A stretch of 4,893 nt of DNA from a virus (IMGVR_UViG_2541047122_000019); one strand, 5' to 3'. Positions 1 to 4,893 are shown, numbered from the stretch's first letter. Program-made: numbers and translations. The notes: generated by a model not told the origin, from the letters alone.

Positions 1-463
1 TCCGTTACCGGCGCGGCTTTCGGCTCTGCTGGTAAATCAGCGCCCGGTATGCAGTAACGAAATTTACCGTTCTGATTTACGCGTGCCAGGCGCCCCGTTG
101 CTGTTACGACCGCCAACGTGGAAGCAACCTTGCGAATGCTAACACCGAACTTACCCGCCAGTTCCTCACACGTTTTAGCCCCATCCTGACCGATAAACTC
201 AATCATCATGTCTGCGGTAACTTTTTGTTCGACCTCCCCGGTCAGCACATCCGGCGCTTCAGGTTGTAGTGCCTGCCCTTCGGTTACCCCGGCTTCACCT
301 TCGACAGCCAGAAACCAGGTGTGACCCGTTTTATCAACAACGCCATTTTTTTGAGTTCCCACAGTTCGTTAAGAACTTCTTCACGGCTGATATCAAGCCG
401 CGCCGCCAGTTCAACAGAATTGGCTTTACCCATCGCTTTCAGTGCATGCAATACGGTTTCCAT
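1..463 (-). CDS. Hypothetical prophage protein (winged-helix-like N-terminus); frame interrupted by an apparent 1-nt frameshift in an A7 homopolymer; 3' end beyond the window edge (possible pseudogene or sequencing error)
   Basis: ATG at 463..461 with SD GGGAGGAAG (complement of plus 469-477) 5 nt upstream. This frame gives [39 protein letters not shown] and stops at 286..284 after 59 codons. A second minus-strand frame is open with no stop from about 362 to position 1 (about 118 codons: ...[20 protein letters not shown]...[21 protein letters not shown]). The two frames join at the T7 (minus-strand A7) run at plus 346-352. Confidence 0.5.
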
Positions 464-485
464 TAAAACTTCCTCCCGGTAAAAA

Positions 486-2021
486 TCACTTCGCAATTCC
501 TGGCTGGACGACATTCGGACGCCAGCTCTCCCAGTTAAAATTCACCCATCGCCCGCCGTTCATGGTCATGCGATCCATAATCCGCTCGCCGAGCAATGTT
601 TTCATGGCCTCATAGTTCAGGTTTGTCAGCATCCCCACGCTGCGCATCGACGCTGTCCGGCGATCAACAATCTGGTGCAGCACCACCTGCTCGTTTTTCG
701 TCTCGCGCTGAATGCCAATTTCATCAAGAACCAGCAGATCTACTTCGCACAGCTCCCGCAAAAATTTTTCGCCTGACTGCCCGTCGTCATAGCTGGCGTG
801 CAGGGCGCTCATAACATCAGCCACGGTAACCACAATCACTGTCTGACCGTCTTTCAGCAGGCGATTCCCGATAGCTGCCGCTAAGTGATTCTTCCCGGTA
901 CCAGGTTTTCCGCTGAACGCAAAATTTGTACACCCGGTCATCAGTTCATCGGCGATGGATTTCGCCTGGCTTAACGCGTATCGCTGGCCGTCGTTCTGCA
1001 CCTGGTAATTCGCAAACGAGCATTTACGGTGCAACGGCTGGATGCCTGAACGATTCAGAATTTTTTCCACCCGCAACTGGCGATTCAGGCGGTTGATCTC
1101 CTCGCTACGTTTCTGGCCTTCAGCAAGTTGCCACTCGCGCCACTCCGCTACCGTTCTGAATGGGGCGGTTACATGTGGCGGGGTCAGTCGGCGGATGCGT
1201 TCCAGAACGCCGCCTGTCGCAATATTTTTCATGGTCCGTTCCCCCCTGAAGCCTGGCGGGATCGCACTGTCCGGCAACGAGACAGTGTTAACCTGTCGGA
1301 GCAACGTCTCAGGCCGAACACCTTTCGGCGCGAACAGGCCCTGGTATTCATTGGCGATGCTGTGTCGAATCACCTGCTCAGGTGTAAAACCCTGCTGACG
1401 GAATTTTTCCAGCTCCCGTATCGCCCCGTTAGCGCCCTGCTCCGTTCGAATCGGTTTTCGCAATGCCTGCCTGAACTTAACCCACTCATGCCAGAGTGTT
1501 TCCGGCAACCAGTCAGGCAGCTCGATAGCCTCCGGCTCGAATTTTTTAGACGCTCGTTTTTGGCGAGGGGGATTTAGGGGGAGATCAGTATTTATATCTT
1601 CCTCTTCCTCTGGTAACGCTTTTTGATCCGTTTGTGTAACGCTGCCAGCGTTACCTTTTCGTTTCAGTTCGCGTATTTTTGTAACTCGCTCGTTTGTAAC
1701 CGCCCGTTTTTTAGAGCTTTTTCCGTTATGACGTTCAAAGTTAGGTAGAGAAAGCCCACCGTCATTTTCGACCAGCCATCCAACCTGAATTAACGCATCA
1801 GCAAAACCAGCCATAAAAGTGATGCGGTCTATTGCACTTTTTGTAACGCCGCGAGCGTTACAATCTGCATTACCGTCTATCATTTGTTGATCCGCCCATG
1901 CCCAGAAGCGAATAACCTTCCCTAATGCGGCATCTGGATCAATATTCAGAATCTCAGCAAGCCTGAATATTTCCGGCTTATCCGGCGTAATAACCTCGAG
2001 CTTTATCCAGTTTGAAGCCAT
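486..2021 (-). CDS. Phage replication protein: N-terminal initiator domain and DnaT-like segment fused in frame to a full-length DnaC-like AAA+ helicase loader (YdaU/YdaV-like modules in one ORF)
   Basis: 511-codon ORF, ATG at 2021..2019 with SD AAGGTGA 6 nt upstream, stop TGA at 488..486. C-terminal 248 aa carries Walker [16 protein letters not shown], Walker [11 protein letters not shown], and [19 protein letters not shown] and [10 protein letters not shown], matching E. coli DnaC as recalled from memory. Residues about 175-260 end in [16 protein letters not shown], resembling the DnaT C-terminus. An internal ATG (1232..1230) with G-rich SD would give a stand-alone 248-aa DnaC-like product. 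Confidence 0.85.
   Translation of the reverse strand: MASNWIKLEVITPDKPEIFRLAEILNIDPDAALGKVIRFWAWADQQMIDGNADCNARGVTKSAIDRITFMAGFADALIQVGWLVENDGGLSLPNFERHNGKSSKKRAVTNERVTKIRELKRKGNAGSVTQTDQKALPEEEEDINTDLPLNPPRQKRASKKFEPEAIELPDWLPETLWHEWVKFRQALRKPIRTEQGANGAIRELEKFRQQGFTPEQVIRHSIANEYQGLFAPKGVRPETLLRQVNTVSLPDSAIPPGFRGERTMKNIATGGVLERIRRLTPPHVTAPFRTVAEWREWQLAEGQKRSEEINRLNRQLRVEKILNRSGIQPLHRKCSFANYQVQNDGQRYALSQAKSIADELMTGCTNFAFSGKPGTGKNHLAAAIGNRLLKDGQTVIVVTVADVMSALHASYDDGQSGEKFLRELCEVDLLVLDEIGIQRETKNEQVVLHQIVDRRTASMRSVGMLTNLNYEAMKTLLGERIMDRMTMNGGRWVNFNWESWRPNVVQPGIAK
1585..1712. repeat. Iteron-like repeat cluster with adjacent AT-rich stretch inside the replication gene; candidate phage origin of replication
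   Basis: GTAAC-containing repeats at 1613-1620 (gtaacgct), 1636-1654 (19-bp perfect palindrome gtaacgctgccagcgttac), 1681-1688 and 1696-1703 (tttgtaac direct repeats). AT-rich run cagtatttatatcttcctcttcctc at 1586-1610. The region encodes the low-complexity acidic linker (..[11 protein letters not shown]..) between the N-terminal and DnaT/DnaC-like modules, as ori-lambda lies in the linker-coding part of gene O. Confidence 0.45.
1841..1863. repeat. Palindromic site TTGTAACGC-N5-GCGTTACAA, same family as 1636-1654 and 2034-2054
   Basis: ttgtaacgccgcgagcgttacaa read directly; 9-bp arms are reverse complements. Lies inside the N-terminal domain coding region of the replication gene. Confidence 0.4.
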
Positions 2022-2033
2022 TTGTTTTCACCT

Positions 2034-2054
2034 TGTAACGCTCGCAGCGTTACA
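2034..2054. promoter_or_regulatory. 21-bp palindrome TGTAACGCT-cgc-AGCGTTACA in the leader of the replication gene; candidate operator or initiator-binding site
   Basis: tgtaacgctcgcagcgttaca lies 13 nt upstream of the replication-gene ATG (2021), between the ydaT stop (2099) and the SD. Same arm sequence as the in-gene palindromes at 1636-1654 and 1841-1863. Confidence 0.45.
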
Positions 2055-2098
2055 TTTAACTGATACCGAACAAAACAATCCGGCACGATCAATTTCAA

Positions 2099-2521
2099 TC
2101 AATGCACTACGACAGAATCGCCGGGCGACCCACCACCGCTGAAATGTGCTTTCCGGTAAACGGCCTGGACTGCATCATCATGCGCATCAATTGCCGTACT
2201 CAACGCTTCCTGCGCCGCCAGTAATGCACGGCGTTCCAGGGTATCGAAGATGCAGAGTCGGTGACGCAGCTCGCGCGGAAGAATTGCCAGAACCGCAGGG
2301 ATCAGTTTCTGAATTTTTTCCCTTTGCGCTTTCGTTTCACCTTTCAACCAACGGTGATAGATATTCTGCTGATTGTTCCAGTCCTTGCCTGGTACAAGGG
2401 GCAATTCGCCGCCCCCCTGGCGCAGATATTCTTCAGTAATTGCGTTAGCGACCCACGCCTGCCCTTTTTCGGCTGCCAGGGCTAACAACACTGATTCGAT
2501 GTGCTCATGCCTGATTTTCAT
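2099..2521 (-). CDS. ydaT: YdaT-like protein (Rac/CP-933P prophage; described as a functional CII equivalent)
   Basis: 140-aa ORF MKIRHEHIESVLLALAAEKGQAWVANAITEEYLRQGGGELPLVPGKDW... matches YdaT of E. coli Rac-type prophages in length and sequence as recalled from memory. ATG at 2521..2519 with SD AGGAG 10 nt upstream. Start overlaps the stop of the upstream Cro-like gene (ATGA), and the position after cro is as expected for a cII analog. Confidence 0.75.
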   Translation of the reverse strand: MKIRHEHIESVLLALAAEKGQAWVANAITEEYLRQGGGELPLVPGKDWNNQQNIYHRWLKGETKAQREKIQKLIPAVLAILPRELRHRLCIFDTLERRALLAAQEALSTAIDAHDDAVQAVYRKAHFSGGGSPGDSVVVH

Positions 2522-2760
2522 GAATCAACCGCTCCTATGCTGTTTTCGCTATGCTTACCGTCTGGGGGGAATACATCGTCAAGTCCACAATGAGCGCCAA
2601 GCCGATTAAGGGTAGAAACAATTTTTCTGCACTCCTCTAGTCCAGGGGTACGAAAATTTGCTTCGTAATTTGCCAGTCGGCTTTGTATCCACCCTAACTG
2701 AACAGCAAGTTGTCTTTGAGACAGCCCAAGCTGTTTTCGATATGTTGAAATTTTGTTCAT
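2518..2760 (-). CDS. XRE-family HTH transcriptional regulator, Cro-like first gene of the leftward early operon
   Basis: 80-aa ORF; ATG at 2760..2758 with SD GGAGG (complement of plus 2767-2771) 6 nt upstream. HTH signature LGLSQRQLAVQLGWIQSRLANYEAN. Divergent from the repressor gene. Candidate promoter on the minus strand: -35 TTGACC (plus 2804-2809), 17-nt spacer, -10 TTTAAA (plus 2781-2786). Confidence 0.85.
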   Translation of the reverse strand: MNKISTYRKQLGLSQRQLAVQLGWIQSRLANYEANFRTPGLEECRKIVSTLNRLGAHCGLDDVFPPDGKHSENSIGAVDS

Positions 2761-2856
2761 TGAAAACCTCCGATGACAATTTTAAACACACCTTGTGTTA
2801 TATGGTCAATCTGTTTTGTGTTTTATGTAAATCACGATTCGTGATACAAGGATGCA
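2761..2856. promoter_or_regulatory. Divergent promoter/operator region of the immunity switch, between the Cro-like and repressor genes
   Basis: 96-bp AT-rich intergenic region holding the minus-strand promoter elements above and two 15-bp palindromes: AACACaccttGTGTT (2785-2799, over the -10/spacer of the cro promoter) and the perfect palindrome ATCACGAttcGTGAT (2831-2845, just upstream of the repressor SD AAGGA at 2848-2852). No convincing sigma70 hexamers were found for the repressor promoter. Confidence 0.6.
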
Positions 2857-3276
2857 ATGGAAAAAGAAAACGAAAAAATTGCCGCTAGTAGGCTCAATGA
2901 CAAAATTGCAATGCGTCTTAAAGAGCGCAGGCAGAAGCTTGGTTTATCTCAAGGAAAACTTGCTGAAATCTGCGGATGGACGCAATCGCGTATAGGTAAC
3001 TATGAGGCGGGCAGCAGAAATGTTGGAGTGCATGACGCTGTCGTATTGGGAAAGGCACTTGGCATATCTCCTCCTGAGCTCCTATTTGGAGAACAGGAAT
3101 CTTCTGAATTGTGGTTAAATGAATCCCAACGAAAACTTCTTGAGTTGTTTAACCAGCTACCTGGCTCAGAACAACAACGAATGATTGAGCTATTTGAAGT
3201 CCGGCTAAAAGAAATCGATGAGTATGTAGAAAAATATTTGAGAGGCAGGCTTAAAGATAATCCCCCACCGGAGTAA
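2857..3276 (+). CDS. Prophage repressor, XRE-family HTH N-terminal domain with helical C-terminal domain (DicA/RacR-like)
   Basis: 139-aa ORF, ATG 2857 with SD AAGGA, stop TAA 3274-3276. HTH LGLSQGKLAEICGWTQSRIGNYEAG. C-terminal LLELFNQLPGSEQQRMIELFEVRLKEI resembles the DicA C-terminal region as recalled from memory. Divergent from cro and followed by an intrinsic terminator. Confidence 0.85.
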   Translation: MEKENEKIAASRLNDKIAMRLKERRQKLGLSQGKLAEICGWTQSRIGNYEAGSRNVGVHDAVVLGKALGISPPELLFGEQESSELWLNESQRKLLELFNQLPGSEQQRMIELFEVRLKEIDEYVEKYLRGRLKDNPPPE

Positions 3277-3306
3277 TGATCTTGCTATCACAGTAATATG
3301 CCAATC

Positions 3307-3331
3307 AGCCCGCTATCAGCGGGCTTTTTTG
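3307..3331 (+). terminator. Rho-independent terminator downstream of the repressor gene
   Basis: Stem agcccgct (3307-3314), loop atc, stem agcgggct (3318-3325), followed by a T run to 3330 (gggcttttttg). 8-bp GC-rich perfect stem, 30 nt after the stop codon. Confidence 0.75.
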
Positions 3332-3359
3332 TACCATCATCATATGACACCCACCACAA

Positions 3360-3401
3360 AACACATTTCGTGTTGACATAAGAAAACGCATTGTGTTTAA
3401 T
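3360..3401 (+). promoter_or_regulatory. Near-consensus sigma70 promoter (TTGACA-17 nt-TTTAAT) overlapped by an operator-like palindrome; candidate repressor-controlled rightward early promoter
   Basis: -35 TTGACA at 3373-3378, 17-nt spacer, -10 TTTAAT at 3396-3401. Palindrome AACACatttcGTGTT at 3360-3374 overlaps the -35; a degenerate copy AAAACgcattGTGTT at 3383-3397 overlaps the spacer/-10. Same half-site family as 2785-2799. Confidence 0.55.
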
Positions 3402-3581
3402 AAGCATATCCAAACAACGCCCCACCAGAGAACGGCTGGACAATACCTCGAGTTATCCAGCCACTGAACAGGGCTAAGTAGCCAGCCTGAGGCATACGAA
3501 CATGACGGCAGTTGTTGATTGATACAAAGCGCAGTAGATAAAACGTTCCGCCACCCGGCGTTAAGGGGAAATGAGGTCAAC

Positions 3582-3734
3582 ATGGATACTATCGATCTTG
3601 GCAACAACGAATCTCTGGTATGTGGCGTGTTTCCCAACCAGGACGGCACATTCACCGCGATGACGTATACCAAAAGCAAAACGTTTAAAACCGAAGCTGG
3701 CGCGCGTCGCTGGTTAGCAAGAAACTCTGACTAA
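3582..3734 (+). CDS. Small prophage protein of the YdfA/YdaF type (about 50 aa; family name recalled from memory)
   Basis: ATG 3582 with SD GAGGT (3573-3577), stop TAA 3732-3734. Product MDTIDLGNNESLVCGVFPNQDGTFTAMTYTKSKTFKTEAGARRWLARNSD. Position downstream of the repressor matches the ydfA (Qin) / ydaF (Rac) arrangement. The track ORF starting at TTG 3519 has no SD. Confidence 0.65.
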   Translation: MDTIDLGNNESLVCGVFPNQDGTFTAMTYTKSKTFKTEAGARRWLARNSD

Positions 3735-3822
3735 TGAAATCTGGTAATTAAGGAATCCTCCACGGGGGGAGAGTGGTGCACACGCGCCGGACACAAGCAA
3801 GCATCCGGCATGCTCTTTAACA

Positions 3823-4400
3823 ATCTGGATATCCATAACAGTAAAAATCTACAGATTGCCGTTCAGTTTTCTGGCCAACTCTTCAATAGATGGAGGTGAT
3901 ACGTAATCCGGATTTTTATTCATAAGAAACTGATTTTCACAGTACAGGCACCTGCTTTTATGAAAAAATTCATATTCTCTAACCGGGAATGGCTGAAGTA
4001 TCGATACTATCTTTTGTCCAAAACATTTTGGACAAAGATGCATGATTATGCTGCCGCCGTTCACGGTTACCTCCTTCGAGTACACAAAAGTTCCCGACTC
4101 AAGTTGGCTAAGGATATAACCTTCCGTCTGAGCCTCAAAGTTTTCAAATTCTGCAATTTTAGCTTTGAGAGAAGCATTTATTTCTTGATAAGTGCCCACC
4201 AGCTCAACGAGAGACACGCATTCGCGCTGAATAGATGCAAGCTTTGAGTTCAGTTCACCAATAGCCGCATTTACTTCAGCTTGAGTTTTTGCCTCGTTCA
4301 TTAGTTTTGCAATCTGGGCGGTTTCACGAATAGCCGTCATTGCTGCCGTTAATTCAGCGATCACATTCAATACTCTTATTGTTGTTGGGGATATCCAGAT
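3823..4400. mobile_element. Putative small insertion cassette: 578 bp, AT-rich, 12-bp perfect terminal inverted repeats, flanked by a 5-bp direct duplication TAACA, carrying one ORF
   Basis: Left end ATCTGGATATCC (3823-3834) is the exact reverse complement of the right end GGATATCCAGAT (4389-4400). The match extends inward to 17/19 (left 3822-3840 vs complement of 4383-4401). TAACA directly abuts both ends (3818-3822 and 4401-4405). Hand-counted GC is about 35% at 3961-4020 against about 60% at 1201-1260. Confidence 0.4.
3849..4340 (-). CDS. Hypothetical protein, about 163 aa: N-terminal coiled-coil-like helical region and C-terminal CxxC-x22-CxxC zinc-ribbon-like motif; cargo of the AT-rich cassette
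   Basis: Minus-strand ORF with stop TAG at 3851..3849. Best start is ATG 4340..4338 (MTAIRETAQIAKLMNEAK...); alternatives are GTG 4364 or the track start 4517, whose first 59 codons lie in GC-rich sequence outside the cassette and look like a spurious extension. C-terminus has HLCPKCFGQK...(22 aa)...CLYCENQ. No recognisable SD; AT-rich codon usage. Family not recognised. Confidence 0.6.
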   Translation of the reverse strand: MTAIRETAQIAKLMNEAKTQAEVNAAIGELNSKLASIQRECVSLVELVGTYQEINASLKAKIAEFENFEAQTEGYILSQLESGTFVYSKEVTVNGGSIIMHLCPKCFGQKIVSILQPFPVREYEFFHKSRCLYCENQFLMNKNPDYVSPPSIEELARKLNGNL

Positions 4401-4541
4401 TAACAAGATCCTTGTTGTTGGGGAATAACGGGGACCACCTCGCCTGACGTGGTAAAAAGCAGGCACACAACACGAAAGCACACGGCGAGGGACACCATTA
4501 AATGGTGGCTTAAGCAATCACGCGAAGCGCAATCTGCCATT

Positions 4542-4886
4542 ATGACCGATGAAATCCCGTTAGATGATGCACTGTTACAATTGCGGGAATTTATCGACGA
4601 AAACTCCGGTGAATTTTTTGTTCAGGTCTGGGGAAATGGAGCCAACTTCGACAACACGATTTTGCGCCGTTCATACGAACGGCAGGGGATCCCCTGCCCG
4701 TGGCGTTACACCAATGATCGCGATGTAAGAACGATGGTTGCTCTGGGACTGGTGATGGATTTCGACGCAAGAACGACTATTCCATTCGAAGGTGAACGCC
4801 ATAACGCCCTGCACGATGCGCGTTACCAGGCAAAATACGTTTCAGCCATCTGGCAAAAACTGCTCCCGAGTCAGGCTGATTTTTAA
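4542..4886 (+). CDS. DEDDh (DnaQ/Orn-like) 3'-5' exonuclease-like protein, apparently lacking the N-terminal Exo I motif (truncated gene or remnant)
   Basis: ORF open from 4404; track start GTG 4449, first ATG 4542; stop TAA 4884-4886. Exo II-like motif VWGNGANFDNTIL and Exo III-like motif HNALHDARYQ (H-x-A-x-x-D-A) are present. No D-x-E Exo I motif in any in-frame upstream sequence. Weak SD at both candidate starts. Confidence 0.55.
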   Translation: MTDEIPLDDALLQLREFIDENSGEFFVQVWGNGANFDNTILRRSYERQGIPCPWRYTNDRDVRTMVALGLVMDFDARTTIPFEGERHNALHDARYQAKYVSAIWQKLLPSQADF

Positions 4887-4893
4887 TGTTCAA

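Noticed and set aside
269-466. 65-aa plus-strand ORF
   Set aside because: Antisense to the better-supported minus-strand gene starting at 463; no SD; Arg/Phe-rich translation typical of an antisense frame.
486-1232. Annotating the DnaC-like module as a separate gene starting at the internal ATG 1232
   Set aside because: There is no stop codon between the upstream module and this ATG in the sequence as given, so the continuous 511-codon ORF is the primary call. The internal start is kept as a hypothesis in the findings.
596-1577. Plus-strand ORFs 596..814, 1042..1398 and 1128..1577
   Set aside because: All lie antisense within the DnaT/DnaC-like replication gene, whose protein-level motifs are unambiguous; the translations are Arg/Ser/Cys-rich antisense artefacts.
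2022-2098. Independent sigma70 promoter for the replication gene in the ydaT-replication intergenic region
   Set aside because: TTGAAA-like and TTAAAT-like hexamers exist on the minus strand but are 33 nt apart; no pair with 16-19-nt spacing was found. Readthrough from the cro promoter is more likely.
2146-2888. ORFs 2146..2439 (+), 2261..2485 (+), 2373..2609 (+), 2606..2791 (-) and 2658..2888 (+)
   Set aside because: They overlap ydaT, the Cro-like gene or the switch region in antisense or alternative frames, lack SD sequences and have no recognisable motifs.
3519-3581. Upstream TTG start for the YdfA-like gene (71-aa version)
   Set aside because: No SD before TTG 3519, whereas ATG 3582 has GAGGT at the right spacing; the 50-aa product fits the size of this small-protein family.
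3305-3679. 124-aa minus-strand ORF from the six-frame track
   Set aside because: Trp/Cys-rich, low-complexity translation; no SD; it overlaps the intrinsic terminator, the near-consensus plus-strand promoter and the start of the YdfA-like gene. Read as a chance ORF.
3960-4247. 95-aa plus-strand ORF inside the AT-rich cassette
   Set aside because: Antisense to the cassette ORF, which has the coherent coiled-coil and CxxC motif structure; an AT-rich lysine/phenylalanine-rich translation expected by chance in AT-rich DNA. Not fully excluded.
4341-4517. N-terminal 59-codon extension of the cassette ORF (track start at 4517)
   Set aside because: The extension translates to an implausible peptide (MLKPPFNGVPRRVLSCCVPAFYHVRRGG...), lies in GC-rich sequence outside the AT-rich cassette, crosses the inverted repeat and duplication, and overlaps the exonuclease-like ORF. 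Start moved to ATG 4340 (or GTG 4364).
1-4893. CRISPR arrays, tRNA or rRNA genes
   Set aside because: No regularly spaced direct repeats with unique spacers and no tRNA-like or rRNA-like sequence. The only repeat families are the palindromes, operators and cassette termini described above.

Overview
The window reads as the immunity / early-replication region of a Rac/Qin/CP-933P-type lambdoid prophage from an Escherichia-like enterobacterium (family recognised from memory of the protein sequences; no search was run). A leftward (minus-strand) early operon runs: Cro-like XRE HTH regulator (2760..2518), YdaT-like CII-equivalent (2521..2099), a 511-aa replication protein with DnaT-like and DnaC-like modules in one frame (2021..486), then a frameshifted ORF that runs off the window (463..1). 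A DicA/RacR-like repressor (2857..3276, +) is transcribed divergently, followed by an intrinsic terminator, a near-consensus rightward promoter overlapped by an operator-like palindrome, and a 50-aa YdfA/YdaF-type ORF (3582..3734). The most unusual feature is a 578-bp AT-rich segment (3823..4400) bounded by 12-bp perfect inverted repeats and a 5-bp direct duplication (TAACA), carrying a single uncharacterised ORF (coiled coil plus CxxC...CxxC). After it lies a DEDDh exonuclease-like ORF that lacks motif I (4542..4886). Other points: iteron-like palindromes inside the replication gene, a possible stop-codon-loss fusion of the replication modules, and a frameshift at an A7 tract. No rRNA, tRNA or CRISPR array was seen.
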